DNA from: Heteronotia binoei
Taxonomy: Eukaryota
DNA length: 64,000 nucleotides
Assembly: GCF_032191835.1 (NCBI RefSeq)
Contig: NC_083233.1
Coordinates: 34,658,001-34,722,000, forward strand
Direction of reading: 5' to 3'
Positions within the stretch are counted from its first letter, which is position 1. Each line of letters opens with the position of its first letter. Below, piece after piece: positions 14,101-25,521 of the stretch. The notes under the pieces were generated by a model. It saw only the letters and a list, made by a program, of their open reading frames with translations. It had not been told where the DNA came from and made no database searches. A program made the translations under genes and the position numbers.

Positions 14101-14406
14101 ATTTTTGTAAAGGATCGATACTTTTCAAACTATGTCTTTGCAAATTTTTATCCATGATAATGAGCTAAGCATATTAACAGTTAACTTCCCTGGAAATGCC
14201 TTTTACTGTCTTCAAGTAAGTTTTCTTTTTCTGACCATTTTTTGCAGCAACATTACCTGAAGCTTACACGTATTCTAGCTTTAAAATACTATCTTTTGCT
14301 GACTAGGTACAATAAACTGATTTGCTATGAGATGTTCTAAAACAGCAGCCTGTTCAAAATGAATTTTACCCTCCTCCCTATGAAATGTTTCTGTCAAGAC
14401 ATAATT

Positions 14407-16434
14407 TCAATAAGATTCTGGTATTACAAACTCAAATTCAGTACTACCATCAGATGGGTTTTGTTTAAAAAGTGATTCGTTTCCTTGCGGAACAAAGATA
14501 TCATCCCAGGTCATTGGCTTTGCCGGAGGGGTGGGTGTTGGTTCTTGGGAGGCATCTTTTATGGGGACAACTGGATATGCAAGATTATTGTCATTTACCA
14601 TTGGTATTTTGTTGGCACCACCTGAAATATAAGCGTAATTTCTGATCTGCAAGGACCTACAAGGATGCAAACGATACAGCTTGGACTCTCCAGAAGGGTC
14701 CTGGCTATGGACTGATCTTAGATGTGTAGCCATGACCTGATAGTTGATAAAACACTGGCCACATGCCAAGCACTGGTACCTTCGCTCTCCAGTGTGATGT
14801 ATTTCATGCTTGGTGCGGTATTCCGCAAGAGCGAAAACCTTATCACAATAGCGACATGGATATTTCTTTTCCCAGGAATGAACATTAAAATGTCTACGCA
14901 AACTTGTTAGACAAACGTAGGATCTTCGACACACGATGCAGATATAATAAACCTTTCCATCCATTATGAGCTCATAGTGGTCGTCGTGTTTCACTTTTAG
15001 ACGCTTTCTATTTGCAGGATCATCCCCTGATGTTCTGGGCACATCGTCAAGCCTGACTTCTCCATCAGCCTCATCTTTCACCGGAATGACTATGTCATAG
15101 GTATCTTCACCAATATTTGCATAAACCTTGCAACCAGTAGACAAGCCTTCTATTTCAGCAGCTGTATCTAAAGTTATGGTCTTCTGGCCTTCCACTATGT
15201 GTTTTGGGGCAACGCTTGCTGCAGAATCTTTGTTGCTTCCAGAAAGAACATCTGAGATTTTCATTTTGAATTCTGTGGCAGGGGCAGGTGGTTCTTGTGG
15301 AAAATTACTTACTTGCTTCTTCTGTACTCCTGTAGTCTCCGTTGCAGCAGGTTTGGGGGTAGTGGGCTGCTGAACCAAAGAGCTGCTGCTTGCAGACCCT
15401 GGGCTGGATGAACCAAGGATGTCATCATCGTCTTCCACATCCTCATCATCCTCTTCCTCCTCGTCAATGGCATTTGTTTCCATGTCAGTTAAGGAATCGT
15501 TGTTAGACGGCTGCTGATTCTCCTCAGGTATAGGAGAGACCTCGATTTCATGTGACGAACCAACATCTGGTGAAGTACTGATCTGTGACTGGTTTAACAT
15601 AAGGACATTAGAAGTCACAGGTTTTGGAGCGGAAGGGATATGCGGTTCCGCAGACACGTGGTTTTCAATCAGATTTGGCTGAGCAGTAGGTAAGTCGGGT
15701 CTTGGAGCTGACCCTACAGATGGCGGAGGAGGAGAACCAGCGCTGTTACAGTTTGTTTGGTCGGAGCCCCCAGTAGGGTTGGGAGAAGGCTGGTTCTGTG
15801 TGACAGATTTGGTCTCCTGAGACCGATCCTTTGGAGGCACAAGCTCTGCGCAGAAGATGACATCATCATCATCAGAATCACTAATAGTAATCTTTGTGGT
15901 ATCACAGTCCTCCCCATACAAAGAAAATGATTCAGTTATAACAGGTTGGCCAGCAATCAGGTTTTGACTCCCAAACTGCCCCAGAGGCTTTTGGGCTTCA
16001 AGGCTATTTGCATCCAAAATGGGCTGTTCCAAAGCGTTAGGCATGACACCCCCTGCCATGTTTCTCACCTGCTGCAGAGGAGCACCCAGTTCAGCAAGAA
16101 ATTTAACTCCAAGCAACTGCCCGGATTTGATTAATTCATCAAGCAAGTCTGATCTTACTCTGACTATTCTGGAACTGTAGATGTAGTTGAGAATTTCTGC
16201 AAAAATCTCTGCTCTTATGAAGTTCAACTCCACCACTTGTCCTGCAACTGAGAAGAGCTGGTGAAAATAAGCGCTTGATGCTGAAAGGACATTTCTGTGA
16301 GCTCGAAATTTCCGATCTTCCACAATAACTGTAACATCACAAAAAACTCCAAGGCTACGTTGCTCATCCAAAGCCTTTAACAGCATACCAGAGTACTGGT
16401 TGTCTGTTGCGGTAATTAGCTTTCTGGTCTCCAT
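14407..16434 (-). CDS. ZBTB33: ZBTB33 (Kaiso), BTB/POZ plus three C2H2 zinc fingers, single coding exon
   Basis: METRKLITATDNQYSGMLL...FCDVTVIVEDRKFRAHRNVLSASS BTB domain, acidic tract, zinc fingers CIVCRRSY/CRYCDKVF/CLACGQCF and C-terminal EFEFVIPESY. True ATG placed at 16434 because a splice acceptor (cttctctttatattcttgctgtag|GA-ATG) lies 2 nt upstream. Confidence 0.97.
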   Translation of the reverse strand: METRKLITATDNQYSGMLLKALDEQRSLGVFCDVTVIVEDRKFRAHRNVLSASSAYFHQLFSVAGQVVELNFIRAEIFAEILNYIYSSRIVRVRSDLLDELIKSGQLLGVKFLAELGAPLQQVRNMAGGVMPNALEQPILDANSLEAQKPLGQFGSQNLIAGQPVITESFSLYGEDCDTTKITISDSDDDDVIFCAELVPPKDRSQETKSVTQNQPSPNPTGGSDQTNCNSAGSPPPPSVGSAPRPDLPTAQPNLIENHVSAEPHIPSAPKPVTSNVLMLNQSQISTSPDVGSSHEIEVSPIPEENQQPSNNDSLTDMETNAIDEEEEDDEDVEDDDDILGSSSPGSASSSSLVQQPTTPKPAATETTGVQKKQVSNFPQEPPAPATEFKMKISDVLSGSNKDSAASVAPKHIVEGQKTITLDTAAEIEGLSTGCKVYANIGEDTYDIVIPVKDEADGEVRLDDVPRTSGDDPANRKRLKVKHDDHYELIMDGKVYYICIVCRRSYVCLTSLRRHFNVHSWEKKYPCRYCDKVFALAEYRTKHEIHHTGERRYQCLACGQCFINYQVMATHLRSVHSQDPSGESKLYRLHPCRSLQIRNYAYISGGANKIPMVNDNNLAYPVVPIKDASQEPTPTPPAKPMTWDDIFVPQGNESLFKQNPSDGSTEFEFVIPESY

Positions 16435-16957
16435 TCCTACAGCAAGAATATAAAGAGAAGAGGCGTCAGATCTCTCTGCAACAGAACAGTCCGTGAACAT
16501 TCAGAATAAGTGTGCCTTATTTTAAAATATCCTCATGCACAGTCCAGGCAGGCCACAACATGTACAAAGACCTAGTCAACATGGCTCCTTATTGGGCTTA
16601 AACCAATATTGGAATATTCTAAATTGGAATACCAATACCAATTCATTATGTGGTTAATTTTGCTTAGAAATCTATAACACCTCAGTACTGAAAGAGATCT
16701 TAATGGTATTTATTTCTGCTTAGGGCTGCAGTCCTACCTAACACTTGAAAATAAATTCAATTAAAATGAGTGTGTCCATATTGCAAAAAAAGGTTCATAA
16801 GCCCAAACAACATACACCTTAATGAGAAAAATATCTTAATCACATTGTTAGAATAACAAAGCAGCACTTACAGTTTACAACAAACCAACAAGTGAAGCAT
16901 TACAGAAGGGAGGGATGCTCCCATTAATATCTGAGGTAAAAAGTCTGGGTTTTACAC

Positions 16958-17042
16958 TGCAATCCTAATGACACATTCCTGGGAGCAAGCCCCACTGAAT
17001 ACACTGCAGTAGAATTCAAAGTAGACCTGCTTAGGATTGCTC
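16958..17042. repeat. Short palindromic squamate repeat (CAATCCTA...TAGGATTG)
   Basis: Inverted ends caatccta/taggattg about 85 bp apart; a related copy lies near 6620-6690. Confidence 0.5.
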
Positions 17043-18810
17043 TCTTAAACTCTGTGAATAATGACTATCTCTGATCACACCAATCTAATCTCAATAGCTC
17101 CTTTTCTTAACAAAAACACAGGTAGCAGGAGAGGGGGAACACTTGAAGGAGCGGGGGGGGGGGGGGGGGGAATATGAAGCCAAACACTGTCCATGAAACT
17201 TAACTTCCTCCAGAGCTAACTTGCAAAAATGTTGATAGACCCAGGTGGATAGCCGTGTTGGTCTGAAGCAGTAGAACAATGCAGGAGTAAAGTAGCACCT
17301 TTAAGACCAACAAAGTTTTATTCAGAATGTAAGCTTTCGTGTTATAATTTTTTGAGCCTGAGCATACAAGTCTGTGCAAATGCCATTAATTAAGCAGATA
17401 TTCTACCAGTCTCCTGATGATACATTTATACTTACTCTCCTCACCCATTTTTTTTTTAATTACCATGGGTTGGATTCTAGGACTCCTTTCTGATAAAACA
17501 GATCCCTTCAACTCCCTTCTATCAATAGTTCCGATTGCAGCCGACTTTCAACATCCCACAGTCCAGGAAGGATTTATTAACCCTTCTCCTACTAGCTGGT
17601 AAAATAATATTGGCACAATAATGTAATACTAAGAATATACCAACTTTGGCACAGTGGTATGATAAAAGTCTGGGACTTGATGGTTCAGAATAAGATAGTT
17701 TCCCAGTTTATACAAGTTGAGAATCCTAATAGAAATGAACATTTTAAACAAAAAACAAACAAAAAAAGTTCCTCCAACAGAGAAATTTTTCTGCTGCTGG
17801 AAGAAAACTAATTCCACCAGAAAAAGCCATTCTCCATTGGAGGAAGACTTTACAGAAGGGAGATGTAAAATCCATCACAATTTTAGTGCCTTCTCTAATA
17901 TGCACATGTGGAAGAACACGCTGCCAATGATATACAACAGGAGCCATTTATGCAGGGATACTCAACTAAAAAAACCCCACACATTTGTGATAATAAGTAA
18001 GATTGCCATCTGAAGAAAGGACCAAAGTTCTGTGCCTTTAAAAGTATACAAAGACAGACCTTCACAAATGTACTGCTTCCCATAATTGTCTCACAGCAAG
18101 GGGAAAAACTGAACATATTGAAATTCTAGCACCCATGCAACTCTTAAAGCCACAGAAGAGTGATTTCTTATTGCAATACTAAAGCATCATGTGAAATAAA
18201 AAAATACTTGTAATAAAATGGAAAAGCTTAGTTGGTAGATTTTGCAGATTTAAAAGATTGCTTGATCAATCAGTGTAGGTGTGATTTGACACATTCCTGG
18301 ATGCAATTCTGCTAAAGGAACCACCAAATGCTTGTTTTTGGATCAGTTTGCTTGTGTTTGTGTTGGGTGGGTGGGTGTGTGATGGGTCACAAGCTGCCTA
18401 CAACTTATGGCAACCCAATGAATGAATGACCTCCAAAAAAACCCTGCCATTAACCGCCTTGGTCAGGTATTGCAAACCAAAGACTCTGGTTTTCTTTACT
18501 GAGTTAGGTATGGACTTACTTTTCAGGCAAAAAAGGAGGGGACTCTAGCTAGGTATGGCCTGAGTAAAAGAGGGAAAAGGAGAGAGATTATGAAGTCTCA
18601 AAGGAAAATGTACAGATTTCTTTGCAAAATTTCTCATTCTCATCTATCTTCATTTAGATTGGCATCCTTTGCTAGAAATCAGAGCAGGCTACAGAAGGTC
18701 AGGTAACAGAAAGTCTTAAAAGATTAAAAAAGAGAAGGTCTCAGTGGATTCCCTTTTCCAGAGTCGTTTTTAAGGAAAATACAACGTATGCAAAAGTTGT
18801 GCAGTGCATT

Positions 18811-18890
18811 TTATATATATATGTGTGTGTGTGTGTGTATGTATATGTGTGTGTGTGTATATATATATATACACACACACACACACATAT
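18811..18890. repeat. (TA)n/(TG)n/(CA)n compound microsatellite
   Basis: Directly visible. Confidence 0.9.
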
Positions 18891-18966
18891 TGGCCACTGT
18901 CAGAGTGTTGGACTGGATGGGCCATTGGCCTGATCCAACATGACTTCTCTTATGTTATGTTCTTAT
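18891..18966 (+). mobile_element. CR1-type LINE/SINE 3' end
   Basis: ggactggatgggccattggcctgatccaaca...tcttatgttatgttcttat, the typical CR1 3' terminus with a short tandem tail. Confidence 0.6.
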
Positions 18967-20541
18967 TTTAGTTGGACGAAACTGTCAAAAAGCTTTTACA
19001 GCCTTTTCAGTTATCTTCTTAATCATGTAGAATTTTTTAAAGTCTGAGAGAAAGAGAGAATAACTTTCAGCTATGATGTTAAAGCCTCTCATCTTCAACT
19101 TGTGCAGGATACCTTACAGTCTTTATTAGATCAGACCTTGCAGAGTAGAGCTGGTTTCAAGTTGAACCTTGGTATTTTAGGCCAAAGAAATAAAAACTGT
19201 AGTTTTATACTTTTTTCAAAAGAACATGGAGAAGCATGAGAAGCGGGTTGCTTTTTTATCCCACTCCAGTACCTTTAACAGCAGTCTGATTTACAAAAAA
19301 TTAGGAAAATAAGTTTTTACCACTTATCAGGAAAAAAAACTTTACCTGCTGAATTTCTGTAAAACAGACTGCTGTTAAAGGCAGCTGAGCTAGAGAACAA
19401 GTTGGCTGGCAATCCTAGAAATTAAGCACAGAGAACTGCCATGCAAGGTAATTTCTTTCTCTGACTGGAACAACAGGTTTTGCACGAAAAGAGAACAGAA
19501 AAGCAGAAAACTGTGGGAAACGTTATGATTCCTTTGACAAGTACCACTATAGTACTGACTTTACAGACTACCTTCCTCCCACTATGTCCAGAAGAGGCAC
19601 AGATAGAGATTCAATTCTGCATCTGATTTTGTTTCTTAAACACATAAAAAGTGAAAGGAACTGTCACAAGGAACAATAAACAAAACTTTTAATTCAGAAA
19701 GCATTGTAAGTAGATGTTGGTGACATGGGTCAGGAACTGCAAGAAAATCGCTTTAAACTGTACAAGTGCATATACAAAATGAGAAGTGTGGGAAATGAGA
19801 TTTCCACAAATGAATGAATATTACTATGAGATAGATAACCTTACAGCTCGGGAAATGTCACTTTATTTTAAAAACAGACATTTACAAGAACAGTACTGCC
19901 GTTACCACTATGGACCCTGCTTTTCTGTCATTAACAAACAGGTGGACTTGCACAAAGTGGATCAGACAACTGCTTCATCTAGGCCAACACCCTGTTTCCA
20001 ACAGCAGTGAGATGCCTCCATGAAGCAGGACTTAAGCTGGTGGAATCTTTGTTGTCCCTAGGAGGCACTCCATAACCCTCAAGCCCAGCTCTACCCACCA
20101 GCCGTATCCTACAACCTACCATGTGTGTGCTTGACAACCCCCTACCTTACTGTTTTGTGCAGTCCCACACAGGCAACAAAGGAGAGGTTGGTCCAGCCCT
20201 TGACTGACCACTACTGCATGCCTTTTTAGGGCAGACTGTGCTTCAGTTTCATCATTCAGAAGCAGTGCTGCCTACTCAAGTGAAAGAACAGAAGAAGGGT
20301 CATGACAAGAAAGCACTTAAAACAGAGAAAAGTAATAGACCACAGTAGAATGGGTTTGGTGGTGGGGGGAAGCAATACGTATGGATCTTCAATGAGAGAG
20401 AAGCAATGTATTTATGTACTTCACTTATACCCTGCCTCTCTCCCCAATGGGACTAACAATGTTCTCAATTTCTATCCTCACAACAACTCCGTGAAGTAAG
20501 TTAGGCCAAGAGTGTGGGACTGGTTCAAGGTCATCCAGCAA

Positions 20542-20833
20542 AGTTTGGTGTAGTGATTACGTGTGCAGACTCTTACCTGGAAGAACTGGGTTTGAGTCCC
20601 CACTCCTCCACTTGCAGCTGCTGGAATGGCTATTGCAGGAGTTGGAACGCAGCTGCTGGAATGGCTATCGCAGGAGTTGTCCATGAAAGGGCAGCTGCTG
20701 TGAGAGCCCTCTCAGACCCACCCACCTCACAGGGTGTCTGTTGTGGGGGGAGAAGATATAGGAGGTTGTAAGCAGCTCTGAGTCTCTGATTCAGAGAGAA
20801 GGGCGGGGTATAAATCTGCAGTCTTCTTCTTCT
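20542..20833 (+). mobile_element. Gecko-type tRNA-derived SINE (Squam3-like), with an internal 31-bp duplication
   Basis: Head agtttggtgtagtg..., B-box-like ggtttgagtcc, body cctcacagggtgtctgttgtgggg, (TTC)n tail. Confidence 0.8.
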
Positions 20834-20909
20834 AAGTCTTCCATGACAGCATAGCGATCCCAGCCTGGGTCTCCCAGACCCACACTGGCAATGATGGGGG
20901 GGGGGGGAG

Positions 20910-21226
20910 AGGAGGAGGAGGAGAAGAAGGAGGAGGAGGAGGAGAAGATGATGATGATGATATTGGATTTATATCCCGCCCTCCACTCCGAAGAGTCTCA
21001 GAGCGGCTCACAATCTCCTTTACCTTCCTCCCCCACAACAGACACCCTGTGAGGTGGGTGGGGCTGGAGAGGGCTCTCACAGCAGCTGCCCTTTCAAGGA
21101 CAACTTCTGCCAGAGCTATGGCTGACCCAAGGCCATTCCAGCAGGTGCAAGTGGAGGAGTGGGGAATCAAACCCGGTTCTCCCAGATAAGAGTCTGCGCA
21201 CTTAACCACTACACCAAACTGGCTCT
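20910..21226 (-). mobile_element. Young full-length gecko-type SINE (Squam3-like)
   Basis: Minus-strand head agagccagtttggtgtagtggttaagtgcgcagactcttatctgggagaaccgggtttgattcc and (ATC)n(CTC)n tail; tail-to-tail with the copy at 20542. Confidence 0.85.
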
Positions 21227-21299
21227 ACACCAGTATTGGCTTAACCACTACACCAAACTGGGGAAGCAAAGCAGTGACAGCCACATGGGAAGGGACTTG

Positions 21300-22150
21300 A
21301 GAGAAAAGCGTAGCGCCACGAAAACGTGGGGCTGGAAGCAGTGACAAGTGCGTGGGATGGCCCGGCGGCGGGGGTGGGTGTCAGGAGAGCTGGAAGGTGG
21401 CAACCTGCGCGTAGGGACAAGCCCCGTCTGCCTGCAGCAAGTGGCTGGGCCGGGCCAGGAAGGAGAAGGGGGAGCATCTTTCCGGAGCGGGGGGGGGGGG
21501 GGAGGAGAACGGGCAAAGAGCGCCGCTCCCTTCCCCCGCCTCCCCCGAGAGCCGCTGACGGCGGGGAGGTGGGTGGGGCGGACTCCGCGACGCCCGCCGA
21601 GCCCCCCTCTGAAGAAGGCGCGGGGGGGGGGGGGATAGGCACCGGCCGCACAAAGGAGGCGGGCTCCTAGCGCCGACGCTTCCTGCCGGCGAGATGAGCC
21701 ATGCCGTCCCGCGGCCCCGCGTGGAATGACACCGGGAAGACAAAACGGGCCTGTTACCTCCAGCTGCCAGCCACGCTCCTTCCGCCGCGCAACGAGGCCG
21801 GCCGCTCACCTCCTCGCTCTCGCCGAACGCCCCCCCTCGCCCGCCGGCCGACCCACCCGCCGCCAGAGAGCGCTGTTGACGGATGCCGCCGCGCTCCGCA
21901 GCAGTGACTCAGGCGGCGCTCGGCTCTCTTCGGAATCGCTCGGCGGGAAGGTAAGAAGACGCCGCTGCTCGGCGCTTTCCGAGAACGAACCCGAGCGCAC
22001 GAAGAGCGCTTCGGAAACTTCCGCCATGCTAGAACGCCAGACGCCGGGAGAGCCGGAGATGCGCGGAAATATCCGAGCGAGCGGGGCTTCCGGTGAGCCT
22101 CCCGCCTGGGAAAGCAAGGCAAGCCCTTGCGCCATGTGTGTCCACGGCTC
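21300..22150 (-). promoter_or_regulatory. ZBTB33: CpG island: ZBTB33 promoter and non-coding first exon
   Basis: Very high CpG/GC content upstream of the ZBTB33 coding exon; candidate minus-strand donors GAG|gtgagc (exon end 21809) and GAG|gtaaca (exon end 21758). Confidence 0.75.
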
Positions 22151-22534
22151 ACGTCTAGTGCTGCTTTATTTTAGTTTTTCTCTTCCCCCCCCCCCAAAAA
22201 AAAATAAAGTAATACGGCCGTGCTTATATACGCTTTCTTGACAAGAAGCATGCATTTGCCTTTATTGCATCTGTAACGACCGCCAAAGGATTGCGTGACA
22301 ACAATTTTAAATCACTGCTCGTTTCAAGAAGTATAGGAAGGCGGGATATAGATTTCCCAAAATACATTTTAAAATCTTCCATTTTATTTGCTATATAAAT
22401 CGACGTTCCGCACTTTCTAAATAAGGGTTGCCTCCCCAAATCTAAGCAAGTCCTATTTTATTCTGAGGGGCTTATTCTCAGGAAAGGGTCCTTCGACTTG
22501 TAAATACAAACAATCGCTTTACCTCTTTGCAAAT

Positions 22535-22648
22535 TTATGCTGGCAACATACACCAGAGTAAAAATGCTATAATAGCCTTTAAGAGGACTACTCTGAAGTA
22601 GGTGGGATGTGAAGCAACTTGCTCAAATATGCTTGTCCCAGAAAGCCA
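22535..22648 (-). CDS. Unrecognised gene, candidate terminal coding exon with hydrophobic C-terminus
   Basis: Acceptor aatttcttttag, phase 0, WLSGTSIFEQVASHPTYFRVVLLKAIIAFLLWCMLPA-TAA; AATAAA at 22462-22457. Confidence 0.45.
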   Translation of the reverse strand, partial: WLSGTSIFEQVASHPTYFRVVLLKAIIAFLLWCMLPA

Positions 22649-23113
22649 CTAAAAGAAATTTCCGTGCAGCAGACTAGATTTAAATAGGCCAGTTTAGACA
22701 AAAGACCTGGCCTCCTCTTTACTGATCTTAGGAGGCAGGCTGTTGTTTTTTATGGCATTTTACTGATTTACTTTTTACTCCTAATTGGAGTTTTTAGAAT
22801 TGTTTACTTTTTATGGGTTCTTATAATAATTATTTTTGTTGTATGTTCTTTAGTAATGTTTTATTTATATTGTAAACTGCCTTGTGTTCCACAAGGGATA
22901 AAGGTGCCTAATTAAAGCTTTAAATAAACAAAATTAGGGTCTTACAATCAACACATCCTTAGCACATCAAAAAGATGTTGATTGACTGAAAACACATCTC
23001 TATAATGACTCAGGAAGCAGAAGTCTCTATTCAGCTTAATCTCCTATTGACATTTAGGCTTTAGCAGCTTGATAACACCTATTCAGAAGACCTGTTCATC
23101 TGAAATGACTCAC

Positions 23114-23210
23114 TGCTTGGCTTGCAAATGTAGCTTTTCTGCTAGCAGCCCTGGAGAATTCATAGTCGTTGAGTTCTTTACTGAATTCTGAAAGTGCTTT
23201 GTGCTGTTCT
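23114..23210 (-). CDS. Unrecognised gene, internal coding exon (97 nt, phase 2 to 0)
   Basis: Acceptor ctttgattccatttctccag, donor GCA|gtgagt; EQHKALSEFSKELNDYEFSRAASRKATFASQA, in frame with the preceding exon. Confidence 0.68.
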
Positions 23211-23346
23211 CTGGAGAAATGGAATCAAAGACCAATCACTGAAATGCTGGCATAGCAAGTATGGGCTTTCAAGCAACTGACCAGTTAACCAAAAAAATTG
23301 AATTGCCAAGCCCACTTACTCAGAAACCAAGGTTAATGGGACTCAC

Positions 23347-23479
23347 TCTCTAGCGTGTTCAGGTTTGGGAACACAAGAAGAAGAACCAGATGCCACCAAG
23401 AAATGCGTAATGGAGAAGGAAGCAAAAGCCTCTTGCTTTTTCCTTTCATTAGTTGAGCTGGTGTTCAGACGCATTGCTT
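23347..23479 (-). CDS. Unrecognised gene, internal coding exon (133 nt, phase 1 to 2)
   Basis: Acceptor cccttatgttcag, donor AGA|gtgagt; KAMRLNTSSTNERKKQEAFASFSITHFLVASGSSSCVPKPEHARE is open throughout. Confidence 0.68.
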
Positions 23480-23923
23480 CTGAACATAAGGGATTCATCA
23501 TTGATCTATTCATGTACCTAATAATTTAAATGCTGCTTGAACAGAATTTTATTATTGAATGTATTTTTATCTGATTCTTGTTCCCAAGAGCTTTTGCATA
23601 CTTTGGTAAGGTAACCTGCCTATTTTGTTTTCACAACAGCCCTGTAAGGTGGGTTATGCTGACAATGAATAGCCCAAGATCACTCCGTAAGTTATGGCAA
23701 GCAGGGGTCTCCCCAGTCCAGCGTTCCAGTCTGTATAGCACACTGGTTCAAGTCTCCAAAGCAGCTCATGAGAAAAATTGTCACAAAGATCACACATCTT
23801 AAATTCAAACACCTAATAACTATTGTTTACAGATCCCAAAATATGTCTAATCTCCAAATGCCACCTGAGGTAATGACCCTTTATTACATCTAATACAACC
23901 TAAACCCATTTTGTGCCACTCAC

Positions 23924-24016
23924 TTGATGTCTCTACTGTCCCTTGTTTTGCTATAATTAGAACCAATGCAGCGGAACTCATCTCAAGGACTACTACTGAA
24001 GTTTGTGGATCCATTC
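23924..24016 (-). CDS. Unrecognised gene, internal coding exon (93 nt, phase 1 to 1)
   Basis: Acceptor ttcttgtattgtttgcttag, donor CAA|gtgagt; GMDPQTSVVVLEMSSAALVLIIAKQGTVETS. Confidence 0.68.
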
Positions 24017-24183
24017 CTAAGCAAACAATACAAGAATTCTGAGCATGTAGGTGCAATGTACCATGTCTTCTTGCTATGTAAGGAAAAATTCCATTATTTA
24101 TGGAAGCTGTGTTGTCATCCTTTCACTTTATTACTCTTTGTCAAAAAATTCTTGTCTCCAAGCACAAGTCTCTTTCATATTAC

Positions 24184-24261
24184 CATCCAGGTACTCCAAG
24201 GTGTTTTTCATTCTTGGCTCTACACCCTTAGAGACCTTGAGGTTAAGGCTGCTTATGTAAA
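24184..24261 (-). CDS. Unrecognised gene, internal coding exon (78 nt, phase 1 to 1)
   Basis: Acceptor ttactacctttgcaatag, donor ATG|gtaata; YISSLNLKVSKGVEPRMKNTLEYLD. Confidence 0.55.
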
Positions 24262-24326
24262 CTATTGCAAAGGTAGTAACAGACAAGAACTGCCAGTTTT
24301 AGGATGGAGAGGGAGCAAGGGCTTGC

Positions 24327-24395
24327 CTGATCTCTTCCTTAGTCTGGACAAGCATTTCCAATATTCCTCTCTATCCGTAACCCTTTCCACTGGTG
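24327..24395 (-). CDS. Unrecognised gene, tentative exon (69 nt; may extend to 24433)
   Basis: Acceptor ctttttctcccttcaaag; PVERVTDREEYWKCLSRLRKRS; requires a GC donor (CAG|gcaagc) and a 65-nt intron, hence tentative. Confidence 0.35.
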
Positions 24396-24503
24396 CTTTG
24401 AAGGGAGAAAAAGTAGTGGTACAGCTTGTTAGACTGTTTCACAATCTACTGACTCCACAACAAGTAGCTCTACTAGTTGTTCCGAAAACAGGGCAGTACT
24501 TAC

Positions 24504-24591
24504 ATCATGCCTAATACTAGCCCTGCAAAACTGGTTTCAAATGAAGTAGTGCTCAGTTCCCTTGTGTGATGATTCTTCATCTCGTGCAAAA
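24504..24591 (-). CDS. Unrecognised gene, tentative exon 2 (88 nt, phase 1 to 2)
   Basis: Acceptor ttaattgctctgtcctcag, donor GAT|gtaagt; VLHEMKNHHTRELSTTSFETSFAGLVLGM is in frame with exon 1; downstream frame needs the weaker acceptor at 24434. Confidence 0.45.
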
Positions 24592-25521
24592 CTGAGGACA
24601 GAGCAATTAACACTTGCCAAAATGTCTCACATGGTCATTCTTTATATAGAAATGAAGGGTTTCCAATGTAAAATACTTCTTAAAAATTGCTTACAACTTA
24701 GGTATAAAATCAACTGAGTTCAAGCAACCTGGTAGCTAAGAGGTCCCGGTTCAAATCTTATCTTGGTCGTGATTTAATAGGTGGCCATAGCCAAGCTTCT
24801 CTCTCTCACTTTCAGCCTAAAACTCTCATCTTCATTGTGCCACTAATAACACTAGTCTCCCTTTACAAGCCTGCTGCAAAGATTACAAAAAGCAAATGTA
24901 CTTCTGAACCACTCAGAACTGTGTAACACACTATATAAATGCTGAGCAATTACAGCGCAAGTAATCAAGCACCACATCTCCATACGGTTACAAAACAGCG
25001 CAGGTACCTTTAAGCTCAACTCTCCAAAGATCACGAACTGTCACTTGAAGTGTTTGTGTGGCTCAGACACACCAAAAAAATTAAGCTTTCAGCTCTGAAA
25101 TGATGCAATTTTGTTTGTAATTTAGTGAGAAAACTTCCTTTGTAAACGCGTGATGCATTTTCGGCTATTTGCTGTACGCGTTAAAACATTAGCAGAGATG
25201 CTCCTTGCACTGAAAGAACTGTTTTTATTCCAAAATATCTCACTCACAACATCCGAGGAAGCCCTGCAGAGAGAACGTTCCAAGCGCTACAGAAGATAAC
25301 AGGAGTCACAGGAGCCTTGCTCTATAAAAGAGACAAGGGCAAGTAGCTCGTGCCAAGGCCCTTCCGACTTTCCCATTGATCCAAAGGTACCGAATCAAAG
25401 AAGCCGCGAGAAAAAACCTCTTCCCTCCTTTCCGCTTTCAGCAACTGGTGGGGCTCCTTAGTTACATACATCTCCTTGCAACGGTGCCAGTTGAGTGGGC
25501 GGAAGGGTGGGATGCCCTTAC

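Noticed and set aside
16435-16500. N-terminal 22-aa extension of ZBTB33 in the ORF track
   Set aside because: It lies upstream of a clear splice acceptor at 16437-16438, so it is intronic; homology starts at METRKL.
21241-22241. Many overlapping 100-170 aa ORFs on both strands
   Set aside because: Expected in a GC-rich CpG island with few stop codons; low-complexity translations.
22968-23000. Alternative last exon RCVFSQSTSF-stop for the unrecognised gene
   Set aside because: Possible but shorter and less supported than 22648-22535; cannot be decided without transcripts.
23966-24514. 182-aa plus-strand ORF
   Set aside because: No recognisable domain or plus-strand gene context; treated as the antisense shadow of the minus-strand exons.
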